From Acidobacteriota bacterium (lineage in GTDB: Bacteria; Acidobacteriota; Vicinamibacteria; Vicinamibacterales; SCN-69-37), in assembly GCA_020853395.1 (NCBI GenBank), contig JADYYY010000010.1, positions 516,075 to 580,074 on the forward strand: a stretch of DNA of 64,000 nt. Reading direction: 5' to 3'. Below, in pieces: positions 1-9,388 of this stretch (its first letter is position 1; each line of letters starts with the position of its first letter). The notes under the pieces are model-generated. The model searched no databases, was not told the origin of the DNA, and saw only the letters and a program-made list of their open reading frames with translations. Position numbers and translations under genes: made by a program.

Positions 1-1733
1 GCCAGCGCACGACGCACGTCGTCATGGCTCTCCACCAGCACGTATTGCAACAGCTCGCCGGCGAGCGCGTCGACCGCGCGTTCGTAGGAGCGCTCGACGT
101 CCAGATGGTCGGCGACGGAGCCGTGCTGGCGGATGCCGGCCTGCGTGTCGGCGAGCACGAGCCGCGCCGCGTCGCCGTAGGTCGCGCGGCTGGCTTCGAG
201 TTCCTCGAGCGATCGCAGCCTGGCTTGCCGGCCGGCGAGCTCCCGTTCCTGCCGGCCGAGCTCGGCCGAGAGCCGTTCGTGTTCCGCGCGCCGTGCGGCG
301 AGCGTGCGCTCCGCTTCCGCTCGCCGGGTTCGCACGGCATCGAGCACCTCGCGCATCGAGCTCAGCGTGTGGGTCTGCTCGTCCCGCTGGCCTCCAAGGC
401 GCTCGACCTCGGCCGCCAGCTCTCGCGCCTCCACGCCCAGCCGCTCGAGCTCGGCGGCAACGCGGTCCCGAACTGTCGCGGCGTGGTCTCTCGCCTGCCG
501 CAGCGCGGACAGCGTCGTGGTGGCGGCCATGACGGCCGCCCGCGTGCGGTCCGCGTCCTGCTCGATCACCTGCACGGCGGAGAGCGCGACGCGGTATTCC
601 GCTTCCCGCGCGGCGACGTCGGCCCCGGCGCCGTCGAGCGCGCCCTGCGCCTCCTGCGCGGCGGCCTGCCGGCCCGCCAACGTCTCGGCTGCCGGGCCGC
701 GCCGCTCCTCGAGCTCGTGGACTTCGGCGGCGAACCGATCGGCCTGCCGCGCCAGATCCTCGATCTGATGCCGGTTGAACGCGATCTGCTGCTGCAGCCG
801 CCCGATTTCCAGTTCGCGGCCGTGCGCATGATCCCGCGCAGCGGTCGCCGCGTGCTCGACTTCGGTCAGCGTGAGGCGCGCCGCTTCGAGCGCGCTCTCC
901 AACTCCGCGACGCGGGCCGCGGACGCAGCGGCGCGAACCGACGCGTCCTCGAACGCCGCCTCGGCGGCGGCGACGTCGCGCGACAGGAGCGCCGATCGCC
1001 GGGCGAACTGCACCTGTTCCCACTTGCGAAGCTCGTCGCGGAGCTGGCGGTAGCGGCGCGCGCGCGCCGCCTGGCGCTTCAGCGCGCCGCGCTGCTTCTC
1101 CACTTCGAAGACGATGTCCTCGACGCGCGTGAGGTTCTGCTGGGCGGCCTCGAGCTTCAGCTCCGCGGCCCGACGCCGCGACTTGTACTTGGTCACGCCG
1201 GCCGCTTCCTCGATCAGCATCCGGCGCTCGGCCGGCCGCGACGAGAGGATCTGCCCGATCTTGCCCTGCTCGATCACGGCGTAGGCCTTGACGCCCAACC
1301 CCGAGTCCATCAGCAGATCGTGGACGTCGCGCAGCCGGCAGACCTCGCCGTCGATCAAGTACTCGCTCTCGCCGGACCGGTAGAGCCGGCGGCCAATCTC
1401 GACGTCGCGCACGAGCACGGGCGGCTCGTCCACGAGCTGGTCGTCGGACGCTACCACCAGACCGGCCTGGGCCACCTGGGACAGCTTCAGCCGCACCTCG
1501 GCCGTCGCCGTCGGCTTGCGCCCCTCGCTGCCGTTGAAGATCACGTCTTCCATGCGCTCGCCGCGCAGGCTCTTGGCGCTTTGTTCCCCCAGCACCCACG
1601 TGATGGCGTCGACGACGTTGCTCTTGCCGCACCCGTTGGGGCCGACGATGGCGGTCACGCCGTCGCCGAACCCGAGTTCGGCGCGGTCCGGGAAGCTCTT
1701 GAAGCCGGCGATATGCAGTTTCGACAGTCGCAT
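1..1733 (-). CDS. smc: Chromosome partition protein SMC, N-terminal part (3' end lies beyond window start)
   Basis: ATG at 1733-1731. Reverse translation reads MRLSKLHIAGFKSFPDRAELGFGDGVTAIVGPNGCGKSNVVDAITWVLGEQSAKSLRGERMEDVIFNGS (SMC head, Walker A GPNGCGKS), followed by a long Ala/Glu/Arg/Leu coiled-coil. The frame stays open to position 1, so it is absent from the ORF track. Confidence 0.92.
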   Translation of the reverse strand, partial: MRLSKLHIAGFKSFPDRAELGFGDGVTAIVGPNGCGKSNVVDAITWVLGEQSAKSLRGERMEDVIFNGSEGRKPTATAEVRLKLSQVAQAGLVVASDDQLVDEPPVLVRDVEIGRRLYRSGESEYLIDGEVCRLRDVHDLLMDSGLGVKAYAVIEQGKIGQILSSRPAERRMLIEEAAGVTKYKSRRRAAELKLEAAQQNLTRVEDIVFEVEKQRGALKRQAARARRYRQLRDELRKWEQVQFARRSALLSRDVAAAEAAFEDASVRAAASAARVAELESALEAARLTLTEVEHAATAARDHAHGRELEIGRLQQQIAFNRHQIEDLARQADRFAAEVHELEERRGPAAETLAGRQAAAQEAQGALDGAGADVAAREAEYRVALSAVQVIEQDADRTRAAVMAATTTLSALRQARDHAATVRDRVAAELERLGVEARELAAEVERLGGQRDEQTHTLSSMREVLDAVRTRRAEAERTLAARRAEHERLSAELGRQERELAGRQARLRSLEELEASRATYGDAARLVLADTQAGIRQHGSVADHLDVERSYERAVDALAGELLQYVLVESHDDVRRAL

Positions 1734-1823
1734 GTGAAGGGAAAGCGAAGCCGGGTCTTCTGGCGGACCGTCTGGAACCCGTTTCGTTAGCGCGTCAGTT
1801 TAGCAAGCACCATTTGGCGGGGC

Positions 1824-1859
1824 AATAGAAAAGCCCGGCCCCAGATGTTGGGGCTGCGG
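1824..1859 (-). terminator. Candidate intrinsic terminator downstream of the S41 protease gene
   Basis: The minus-strand RNA reads CCGCAGCCCC-aacaucu-GGGGCCGGGC (imperfect GC stem, 5 perfect bp at the top), followed directly by UUUUCUAUU. It lies between the protease stop (1895) and the smc start (1733). Confidence 0.45.
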
Positions 1860-1894
1860 ATGACCCGCAAGACGAGGAAGGAGGATGGAACGGG

Positions 1895-3541
1895 TCAGCG
1901 CGATGCGAGCAGCTTCGCCGCGTCGTCGAAGAAGCCGAGCGCACCCCGGACCTGGGGATCGACGGCCGAGAGATTGCGGCGCGCCTCTTCTACGCCGAAC
2001 AGATCGACGTCCACCTCGTACTTGATCATGGCCTTGATAAACGGCAGATCGGCGGCAAAGGCGGCCTCGTCGATCGACAGGCGCTGGTCCTGGAGGTATT
2101 GCCGGAACTCCTGCACGAGATCGTCGGTCACTTGCCAGCCGGCCGACACCCGATGGGCTTTCGCCGACGAGCGGGAGCCCGGGCGCTCGTCGCCTTCTTT
2201 CGTGAAGCGCTCGGCAAATCCAACGAACCGTCCCGACTGCTGGAGCGACCGGCCGAACCGGCTCGGGTTGAATCCCTCGGGACCGGCGATGAAATGGTCC
2301 GGCTCGACGCCACCGCCGCTGTACACCTTGCGCTTGCCGTCCGTGAGCTTGAGGTCGGCCGGCGAATGGGGGCGCGGCTCTTCCTGATCGCGGAGCGCAT
2401 AGGTGAGGTACTCGTCGAAGGCGCCGTCCCACGGACGCTGGATCAGCCGGCCGCTGGGCGTGTAGTACCGGCCGGTCGTGAGTGCCAGCCCGGCGCCGTT
2501 CGAGAGGTTGTACACCGACTGGACGAGAGCCTTGCCGAACGTCGTCTCGCCGACGACGAGCCCGCGATCGTGATCCTGCATCGCGCCGCTCACGATCTCC
2601 GAGGCGCTGGCGCTCTGCCGATCGACCAGCACGATGAGCGGCACGTCGGTGTAGTCGCCCGTCTGCGGCGCCAGGTAGTCGTCGTCGGAATTGGGGATGC
2701 GGCCGCGCGTGTAGACGACCATCTCGCCTTTTCGGAGGAAGCGGCTGGCCACTTCGATCGCCTGGTTCAGCGGACCGCCAGGGTTGTCGCGCAGATCGAG
2801 CATCAGCCGCTGCATGCCCGCGGCCTTGAGCTTCGTCAGCGCCTGGCCCAGCTCGGCGTTGGTGGTCTCGGAGAAGTCCTGCAGGCGGACGTAGCCGGTG
2901 GCCGGCTCCAGCATGAACGACGCCCGGACGCTGGGGATCCGGATCTCGTCGCGCGCGACCGTGAGCGCAATCAGCTCGTCGACGCCTGGACGACGGATGC
3001 CGATGTTCACGGTGGTGCCCTTCGGCCCCTTCACGCGGTCCACGACATCCTGCGTGGACCAGGTGTCCTGCGCGTCCTCGCCGTTGATGCGCGCGATGAC
3101 GTCGCCGCGGCGAATGCCGGCCCGGTACGCCGGCGATCCCTCGAAGAGCGACGTCACGACCACGCCCGGCGGCGTCGTCATGGGCGCAATCTGGATCCCG
3201 ATGCCGGAATAGCGGCCTTCCTGCCGTTCGCGCATCAGCCGGAAGTCGCGCGGCGTGAAGAAGCTCGAGTGTGGGTCGAGCGTCCGCAGCATTCCGTCGA
3301 TCGAGTCGTAGACGAGCGCTTCCGTCCCACACGGCGCATCGCGGGAGCTCGTGCAGCGGGCGTCCACCGGCTCGACGTAGCCCTGCTCGATTTCCGCGAG
3401 CGCCTGCGCGTAGATCATGTAGCGGGCGCGCACGCGTTCCTGCGTCTGCGCCGTGGCGGCGCCGACGCCGAACCCGATTGCCGCGGCGAGCACGGCCACC
3501 ACGGCCGCAGAAGGCACGCGAACCCTGCGCATGGACATCAT
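1895..3541 (-). CDS. S41 family carboxy-terminal processing protease (CtpA/Prc family) with PDZ domain
   Basis: ATG at 3541 (MMSMRRVRVPSAAVVAVLAAAIGFG signal/anchor). PDZ segment GIGIQIAP...VVTSLFEGSPAYRAGIRRGDVIARING. S41 core LDLRDNPGGPL, VLVDRQSASASEIVSGA, GETTFGKA. The 117-aa Arg-rich N-terminal extension in the ORF track overlaps tatC and is rejected. Confidence 0.9.
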   Translation of the reverse strand: MMSMRRVRVPSAAVVAVLAAAIGFGVGAATAQTQERVRARYMIYAQALAEIEQGYVEPVDARCTSSRDAPCGTEALVYDSIDGMLRTLDPHSSFFTPRDFRLMRERQEGRYSGIGIQIAPMTTPPGVVVTSLFEGSPAYRAGIRRGDVIARINGEDAQDTWSTQDVVDRVKGPKGTTVNIGIRRPGVDELIALTVARDEIRIPSVRASFMLEPATGYVRLQDFSETTNAELGQALTKLKAAGMQRLMLDLRDNPGGPLNQAIEVASRFLRKGEMVVYTRGRIPNSDDDYLAPQTGDYTDVPLIVLVDRQSASASEIVSGAMQDHDRGLVVGETTFGKALVQSVYNLSNGAGLALTTGRYYTPSGRLIQRPWDGAFDEYLTYALRDQEEPRPHSPADLKLTDGKRKVYSGGGVEPDHFIAGPEGFNPSRFGRSLQQSGRFVGFAERFTKEGDERPGSRSSAKAHRVSAGWQVTDDLVQEFRQYLQDQRLSIDEAAFAADLPFIKAMIKYEVDVDLFGVEEARRNLSAVDPQVRGALGFFDDAAKLLASR

Positions 3542-3552
3542 CCTAGCAAGCC

Positions 3553-4356
3553 TCAGGCGTCGGCGGGGCGTTTCTTGCCGAACAGCCACGCCACCCCGAT
3601 GCTCACGATGTAGAGCACGATCATCGGCGCCGCGATGACCGTCTGGCTGACGACGTCGGCCGACGGCGTGATGACGGCGGCCAGCACGAAGATGACGAGC
3701 ACGGCGTACTTGAAATGGCGCGCCAGGAACTTCGCCGTGACGAGCCCGAAGCGCGCGAGTGCGAACACCAGCATCGGCAACTGGAAGACGATGCCGGCCC
3801 CGAGCAGCGTGTAGACGTAGAACCCGAACGTGTCGTCGAGCTGCGGCAGGAACTTCACGCCGGCGATCTGATAGCTCGCCAGGAACCGCCACATCGTCGG
3901 GAATCCCACGTAGTGCGCGAACGCGGCGCCGGCGAAGAAGAGCAGCGACGAGAAGAAGACGAACGGCACGGCCATCCGCTTCTCGCGACGGTAGAGACCG
4001 GGCGCGACGAACAGCCAGACCTGCATGAAGACGAAGGGCGACGCGACGACCAGCGCCGCGAGCCCCGAGACCTTCAGGCTGAACATGAAGCCGGCGGTGG
4101 CGTTCGTGTACACCACTTCGCCGCCGGCCGAGTTGTCGCGGAAGTAGCTCACGAGGTACCGGAACATCGGCTCCCAGTACCAGAACGTCACGGCCACGCA
4201 GCCGAGCACCGCGTAGAGCGAGTAGAGAATCCTGCGTCGAAGCTCGTCCAGGTGGTCGAGGAACCCCATCCTCGACCGGTCGTCGAGTTCCTCGGCCTGC
4301 TCGAATTCAGCGTCGTGGGCGATGGTCTGGCCGATGCGTGAGGAGTCGGTGCTCAT
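3553..4356 (-). CDS. tatC: Twin-arginine translocase subunit TatC
   Basis: FLDHLDELRRRILYSLYAVLGCVAVTFWY and a multi-TM profile typical of TatC. It sits immediately downstream of tatA. Start ATG at 4356; an internal Met 30 (MGFLDHL) is an alternative start. Confidence 0.9.
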   Translation of the reverse strand: MSTDSSRIGQTIAHDAEFEQAEELDDRSRMGFLDHLDELRRRILYSLYAVLGCVAVTFWYWEPMFRYLVSYFRDNSAGGEVVYTNATAGFMFSLKVSGLAALVVASPFVFMQVWLFVAPGLYRREKRMAVPFVFFSSLLFFAGAAFAHYVGFPTMWRFLASYQIAGVKFLPQLDDTFGFYVYTLLGAGIVFQLPMLVFALARFGLVTAKFLARHFKYAVLVIFVLAAVITPSADVVSQTVIAAPMIVLYIVSIGVAWLFGKKRPADA

Positions 4357-4374
4357 CGGCGGCGTCGGACGGAA

Positions 4375-4668
4375 TCACGCGGACTGCTGCCCCCGAGCCA
4401 CGGTGTCCGGCTCGACGGCAGGGGCGTCGTATGACGACGTGGCCGGCGCCTCGACACGGGCCGGCTCGACCGGCGTGGTGATCGCCGACCGCCGCTCTTC
4501 GTTGCGGATTTCGTCGTCGAGCGTGTTGCGCAGGTCGTTGGACGCCCGCTTGAACTCCGACAGGCCCTTGCCGAGCGACCGGCCCAGCTCGGGCAGCTTC
4601 CTCGGCCCGAACACGAGCAGAGCGATGACGAAGATCACGACCATTTCCGGAAAGCCAAGTGGACCCAT
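4375..4668 (-). CDS. tatA: Twin-arginine translocase subunit TatA/E
   Basis: MGPLGFPEMVVIFVIALLVFGPRKLPELGRSLGKGLSEFKRA: a single TM helix, an F-G-P hinge and an amphipathic helix, then an acidic/charged tail. Confidence 0.9.
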   Translation of the reverse strand: MGPLGFPEMVVIFVIALLVFGPRKLPELGRSLGKGLSEFKRASNDLRNTLDDEIRNEERRSAITTPVEPARVEAPATSSYDAPAVEPDTVARGQQSA

Positions 4669-4772
4669 AGTGCGCTCCTGACCCGCGATCGGTCTCCGGC
4701 CAGTATAACGTGTCCGACGCGGCGTGCCTCGCCATCATGGGGCCGATCGACGCGAGCGGGGGCGTGTTTTCG

Positions 4773-4802
4773 TTGACTTGTCTTCGGGGCGGGTACTACC
4801 AT
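4773..4802 (+). promoter_or_regulatory. Candidate sigma70-type promoter for the OmpA-family gene
   Basis: TTGACT (4773-4778), 18-nt spacer, TACCAT (4797-4802), about 70 nt upstream of the ATG at 4875. This is a motif match only. Confidence 0.3.
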
Positions 4803-4874
4803 GCCGAAAGGGGTCTCGGCGTGACCACCTGTCGCTTCCCAGCCGACCGCCGGGCCCTACATGACGGGATACCT

Positions 4875-6716
4875 ATGACGCGACTGGCTGGAGCAAGCCT
4901 CATCATCATGGTGGTCTCCGGATCCACCGCCCTCGCCGCCCCCCAGCAATCCAGCGCCCCCGCGCCGCAGCAGACCAGCGAGTCGACGTCAGCGCGCAAG
5001 ACCACGACGACGACCTCGGGCACGACCGGGATGTGGTTCGTGCCGACGAGCGACGTGCTGCCATCGCGGAAGTGGTCGGTCTCGTTCTACCGGACCAACC
5101 TCGATGACGGCCAGGGCTTCGCCGACATCTCGACGTTCCCGGCGACGGTCGCAGTCGGCCTCGGCGACCGTGCGGAACTGTTCGCCAGTTGGTCGCTCCT
5201 CACGCGCATCGACCGTGACACGCGTCCGCTCTTTTTCAGCGGAGACGACTCATTGGGCACCGGCGGCGGGATCATCCCGAACTTCCCGCTGCTGCGCCGC
5301 GAGTGGGTCAGCAAGCGGGGCGACCTCTGGCTCGGCGGCAAGGTGGGCTGGCCGGTCGGCGGACCAGGGGGGCCGGCCGGGTTCGCCGTGCGGGCCATGC
5401 TCAGAGCGCCCACGGGAGACAAGGACGCGGGTACCACCAGCGGCAAGGCTGACGTCGCCGTGGACGCCATCGTCTCGGGCGGCAACCGGGTGGTCGAAGT
5501 CGCCGGCTACGGCGGCTTCATCTCCCGTGGAAACCCGTCCGGCTACTCGTTGACGAACGGAATCCGCTGGGGCGTCGGCGCGGCGTTCCCTCAGCGCTAC
5601 AACCTCGGGCTCCGCGTCACGACCGAGCTCTTCGGCGAACGGTATCTCGACGACACCGTCACGGCGCCGGCCGGGCAGTTCGGCAGCGACGGGTCACCCG
5701 TGCCGACGAGCACCACGGTCAAGGGACCGGTGGTCGCCGCGATCGGCTTGACCTGGCAGGCACCGAACGGCTTCTTCGTCGGCGCGGCCGCGAGCTGGAA
5801 CGTCGGCATGCACAACCGCGAAGATGCCGGGTATCCGAACACGCCGAAGGACGACAAGGGCCTCCAAGTGCGAATCGGGTTCCACCCCTCCGGCCGGAGC
5901 GAACGCGCGCCGAGCCTGGCGGGGCCCGGTGGTCCCGGCGGTCCAGCCGGACCCGTTGCCGGCGGACCGGCAGGACCAGGCGGGCAGGCAGGACCGGGTG
6001 GGCCGGCGGCGGCCCCAGCGGGACCCGCCGGCGGCGGCCCCGCGCAGCCTGGCGCGGGCGGCCCTGGCGGACCAGGAGCGGCACCAGCGCCGACCGCGGC
6101 GGCCAACCGGCCGCCGACCGTGAAGGCCGACTGCAATCCCTGCTCGGTGGAAGTCGGCCGCACGTCGGTCGTCACCGCAGATGCCCAGGATCCAGACGGC
6201 GATCCGCTGACCTACCAGTGGACCGCCCCGTCGGGGACGCTGGCCTCGCCGGCCAGCCGGCAGTCGAACTGGACGGCGCCGATGAGCCCAGGGTCGGTCC
6301 CCGTCAGGGTCGGCGTCAACGACGGCCGCGGCGGCACGGCGAGCGACACGGTCACGATCCAGGTCACCCAGCCTCGGCAGTTCACGTTCGAGGACGTGCA
6401 CTTCGAGTTCGACCGGTTCAACCTCCGGCCCGACGCGCTCCAGGTGCTCGATCAGGCCGTGACGGCGATGCAGGCCAATCCGACGCTGCGTCTCGACATC
6501 GAGGGGCACACGTGCAGTATCGGCACGGCCGAGTACAACCTCGCGCTGGGCGACCGGCGCGCGAGAGCCGTCCGCGACTACCTACTCAGCCGAGGCATCC
6601 CCACCGCCCGACTGCGGACGGTCAGCTACGGCGAGGAACGGCCCAAGTACGACAACTCGCGCGAGATCACGCGGCGCCTGAACCGCCGCGCCGCGCTCGT
6701 CGTGACGCTGCAGTAA
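4875..6716 (+). CDS. Multidomain OmpA-family outer membrane protein (N-terminal beta-rich domain, Gly/Pro-rich linker, PKD/Ig-like module, C-terminal OmpA peptidoglycan-binding domain)
   Basis: ATG at 4875 gives the signal peptide MTRLAGASLIIMVVSGSTALAAPQQ. C-terminal OmpA_C motifs: FEFDRFNLRPDALQVLDQAV, IEGHTCSIGTAEYNLALGDRRARAVRDYL, NRRAALVV. Ig/PKD-like segment: DPDGDPLTYQWTAPSGTL...VNDGRGGTASDTVTIQV. The track start at 4710 adds 55 non-signal residues and is rejected. Confidence 0.85.
   Translation: MTRLAGASLIIMVVSGSTALAAPQQSSAPAPQQTSESTSARKTTTTTSGTTGMWFVPTSDVLPSRKWSVSFYRTNLDDGQGFADISTFPATVAVGLGDRAELFASWSLLTRIDRDTRPLFFSGDDSLGTGGGIIPNFPLLRREWVSKRGDLWLGGKVGWPVGGPGGPAGFAVRAMLRAPTGDKDAGTTSGKADVAVDAIVSGGNRVVEVAGYGGFISRGNPSGYSLTNGIRWGVGAAFPQRYNLGLRVTTELFGERYLDDTVTAPAGQFGSDGSPVPTSTTVKGPVVAAIGLTWQAPNGFFVGAAASWNVGMHNREDAGYPNTPKDDKGLQVRIGFHPSGRSERAPSLAGPGGPGGPAGPVAGGPAGPGGQAGPGGPAAAPAGPAGGGPAQPGAGGPGGPGAAPAPTAAANRPPTVKADCNPCSVEVGRTSVVTADAQDPDGDPLTYQWTAPSGTLASPASRQSNWTAPMSPGSVPVRVGVNDGRGGTASDTVTIQVTQPRQFTFEDVHFEFDRFNLRPDALQVLDQAVTAMQANPTLRLDIEGHTCSIGTAEYNLALGDRRARAVRDYLLSRGIPTARLRTVSYGEERPKYDNSREITRRLNRRAALVVTLQ
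5917..6105 (+). repeat. Low-complexity Gly/Pro/Ala-rich coding tract inside the OmpA-family gene
   Basis: Encodes GPGGPGGPAGPVAGGPAGPGGQAGPGGPAAAPAGPAGGGPAQPGAGGPGGPGAAPAPTAAA. The DNA is reiterated GGnCCn units without strict periodicity. Confidence 0.8.
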
Positions 6717-6731
6717 CGCCGCGCCGCGCGG

Positions 6732-8186
6732 TCAATACGCTTTGGCGAACCAGGCCTTCACGGAGGCCTGGTTCCCGCACCGCACGCAGCGCGCCTCGAC
6801 GCGCTCCACGGGAATCGGGATGTTGCGGAGCGTGGCCTGGGTCTCGGCCTTGATGGCCGCCTCGCAAACCGCGTCTCCGCACCACGGCGCGACCACGAAT
6901 CCAGGCCGCCCTTCCATCGCGGCCTGGAAGGCGTCCCAGCCACCAACCTCGACGGTGTGCTCGTCTCGGAACTGCCGCGCGCGCACGAACAGCGCGCGCT
7001 GGATGTCGCCCAGCATCGCCTCGACGCGGGCCGGCAGATCCGCGAGCGGCAGCGCCTCCTTGGCCCGCGTGTCACGCCGCGCCGAGAATACCTGCGCCTT
7101 CTCGATGTCCTTGGGACCGATCTCGAGGCGCAGGGGGACGCCGCGCAGCTCCCACTCGGCGAACTTCCACCCGGGCGAGTTCTCTTCGGACGCGTCGAGC
7201 TTCACCCGAATCCCGTGTCGCGTCAGCTCGTCGCAGAGCGCCTCGGCCTTCGGCAGCACGGTCTCCTTCCAGTTGCCGCGAGGAATCGGCACGATCACGA
7301 CCTGATAGGGCGCCACGTCGGGAGGCAGGATCAGCCCGCTGTCGTCGCCGTGCGTCATGATCAGCGCGCCGATCAACCGCGTCGACACGCCCCACGACGT
7401 CGTCCAGGCGTGCTGCAGGGCTTTGTCGCGGCCCTGGAACTGGATCTCGAACGCCTTCGCGAAGTTCTGCCCCAGGTTGTGCGAGGTGCCGGCCTGGAGG
7501 GCGCGCCCGTCGCCCATCAGCGCCTCGATCGAATAGGTGCGGGATGCGCCCGCGAACTTCTCGCTGTCGCTCTTGATGCCGGCGATGACCGGCACGGCCA
7601 GCGAGTTCTCGACGAAGTCCTGATAGAGCTCGAGGATCTTCAGCGTCTCGGCTTCGGCCTCCTCGGCGGTCTCGTGCGCGGTGTGCCCTTCCTGCCACAG
7701 GAACTCGGTCGTCCGCAGGAAGGGCCGGGTCACTTTCTCCCACCGGACGACGTTCGCCCACTGGTTGATGAGCACCGGCAGGTCGCGCCACGACTTGATC
7801 CACTTGGAGTACATCGTGCCGATGATGACTTCGGAGGTCGGCCGCACGACGAGCTTCTCCTCGAGATCCTCGTCGCCCCCCTTCGTGACCCACGCGACCT
7901 GCGGCGCGAATCCCTCGACGTGCGCCTGCTCCTTCAGGAGCAGACCTTCGGGGATGAACAGCGGGAAGTACGCGTTGACGTGGCCGGTCGCCTTGAACCG
8001 CGCGTCGAGAATCCGCTGGATGTGCTCCCAGATGGCGTAACCATAGGGACGGATCACCATGCAGCCCTTGACCGGCGAGTAGTCGGCCAGCTCGGCCCGC
8101 CGAACCACGTCGAGATACCAGCGGGAGAAGTCCTCCGATCGGGGCGTGATCTCCGTAACGAACGCGTCTTTCTTCTGCTCGGCCAA
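6732..8186 (-). CDS. proS: Proline--tRNA ligase, archaeal/eukaryote-like architecture (no editing insertion, C-terminal Zn-type domain ending in Tyr)
   Basis: AEQKKDAFVTEITPRSEDFSRWYLDVVRRAELADYSPVKGCMVIRPYGYAIWE, class II motifs, and a C-terminus ...CVRCGNQASVKAWFAKAY. The start codon at 8186 is TTG, preceded by GAGGAG 6 nt upstream. Confidence 0.92.
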   Translation of the reverse strand: MAEQKKDAFVTEITPRSEDFSRWYLDVVRRAELADYSPVKGCMVIRPYGYAIWEHIQRILDARFKATGHVNAYFPLFIPEGLLLKEQAHVEGFAPQVAWVTKGGDEDLEEKLVVRPTSEVIIGTMYSKWIKSWRDLPVLINQWANVVRWEKVTRPFLRTTEFLWQEGHTAHETAEEAEAETLKILELYQDFVENSLAVPVIAGIKSDSEKFAGASRTYSIEALMGDGRALQAGTSHNLGQNFAKAFEIQFQGRDKALQHAWTTSWGVSTRLIGALIMTHGDDSGLILPPDVAPYQVVIVPIPRGNWKETVLPKAEALCDELTRHGIRVKLDASEENSPGWKFAEWELRGVPLRLEIGPKDIEKAQVFSARRDTRAKEALPLADLPARVEAMLGDIQRALFVRARQFRDEHTVEVGGWDAFQAAMEGRPGFVVAPWCGDAVCEAAIKAETQATLRNIPIPVERVEARCVRCGNQASVKAWFAKAY

Positions 8187-8265
8187 GGGCAGCTCCTCGA
8201 GCCTGCTATCCTAACAGGCCCGCTCCCGCGGCACGCCTTGGCCTCGGGGAACGCCGGCAGTCGAC

Positions 8266-9351
8266 ATGGATCCCATCCGCCTGAACGTCAGGAGCGAACG
8301 CACCACGTATCCGGTGGTCATCGGATCCGGAATCCTCGAACGCCTGGGCGATCTGCTGGCCGAGCAAGGACTCGATCGTCAACGCATCGTGGTCAGCGCC
8401 TCGCCGGTCTGGCGATCCCAGGGCCATCGGCTCGATCGGCTGATGCAGAAGAAGGAACGCCCGCTGCTGCTTCCCGACGGGGAGCGCGCGAAGGTGCTGT
8501 CGACGGTGACGCGCATCTACGACGCCTGCGTGCGGGCGAACCTCGACCGCTCTGCGGCGCTCGTCGCCTTCGGCGGTGGCGTCGTCGGCGACGTGACGGG
8601 CTTCGCGGCCGCGACCTACCTCAGGGGCATCGCGCTCGTGCAGGTGCCGACGACGCTGCTGGCGCAGGTGGACAGCGCGATCGGCGGCAAAGTGGGCGTG
8701 AACCTCGCGGCCGGCAAGAACCTCGTCGGAGCGTTCCATTCACCAGCAATCGTCGTCTGCGACCCGAACGTGCTGGGGACGCTCGCGCGGCGCGAGTTCA
8801 GGTCGGGCCTCTACGAGGTCGTGAAGTACGGCGTCATCGCCTCACGCGCGCTCTTCGAGCGCGTCCGCGACGGGCTCAACGCGATCTTCAACCAGGATGC
8901 GGCGTATCTCACGCCGATCATCGCCGAGTGCTGCCGGATCAAGGCCGGAGTGGTCACGGCCGACGAGCGGGAGCAGGGACCGCGGCGCGCGCTGAACTTC
9001 GGGCACACCGTTGGACACGCTCTCGAAGCGGTCACGAGCTATCGCCGATTCCGGCATGGCGAAGCGATCGGCTACGGCATGCTCGCCGCCGCCAGGCTAT
9101 CGGCCGCGCGTGGGCTCATGTCGCGGGAGGACTCGCAGCAGCTCGGCGAACTGCTGCGGCACATGGGGCCGCTTCCCCCCGTGGCGGACCTGAAGATCTC
9201 GGACGCGCTCGACGTCATCGGCCACGACAAGAAGGTCGTGAGCGGCACGCTGCACTTCGTGCTCGCCCACGGCATCGGCGCGACGGAAATCGTACGCGAC
9301 GTGCACTCGCGCGAGCTCGTGGACGCCATGCGCGCGATCGGCATGAAATAG
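8266..9351 (+). CDS. aroB: 3-dehydroquinate synthase
   Basis: 361 aa. Motifs FGGGVVGDVTGFAAATYLRGIALVQVPTTLLAQVDSAIGGKVGVN and LNFGHTVGHALE are typical of AroB. Confidence 0.92.
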   Translation: MDPIRLNVRSERTTYPVVIGSGILERLGDLLAEQGLDRQRIVVSASPVWRSQGHRLDRLMQKKERPLLLPDGERAKVLSTVTRIYDACVRANLDRSAALVAFGGGVVGDVTGFAAATYLRGIALVQVPTTLLAQVDSAIGGKVGVNLAAGKNLVGAFHSPAIVVCDPNVLGTLARREFRSGLYEVVKYGVIASRALFERVRDGLNAIFNQDAAYLTPIIAECCRIKAGVVTADEREQGPRRALNFGHTVGHALEAVTSYRRFRHGEAIGYGMLAAARLSAARGLMSREDSQQLGELLRHMGPLPPVADLKISDALDVIGHDKKVVSGTLHFVLAHGIGATEIVRDVHSRELVDAMRAIGMK

Positions 9352-9359
9352 CCGCCGGC

Positions 9360-9388
9360 GCTGCGCCCGCAGACGCTACGGGCGCAGC
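9360..9388. terminator. Perfect 10-bp GC hairpin between convergent aroB and the minor-pilin operon (possible bidirectional terminator)
   Basis: GCTGCGCCCG (9360-9369), 9-nt loop, CGGGCGCAGC (9379-9388). No U-tract on either side. It overlaps the last codons and stop of the minus-strand gene. Confidence 0.35.

Noticed and set aside
24-1790. 588-aa plus-strand ORF (and the 536-aa minus-strand ORF at 22-1632)
   Set aside because: Both lie antisense to or out of frame with the clearly recognisable smc head and coiled-coil reading frame. Their products are Arg/Ala/Gly-rich with no recognisable motifs, as expected for stop-poor alternative frames in GC-rich DNA.
5917-6105. Gly/Pro tract as a collagen-like triple-helix repeat
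   Set aside because: G-X-Y periodicity holds for only about four triplets before the register shifts (GPG GPG GPA GPV AGG...). It is better described as a low-complexity linker.
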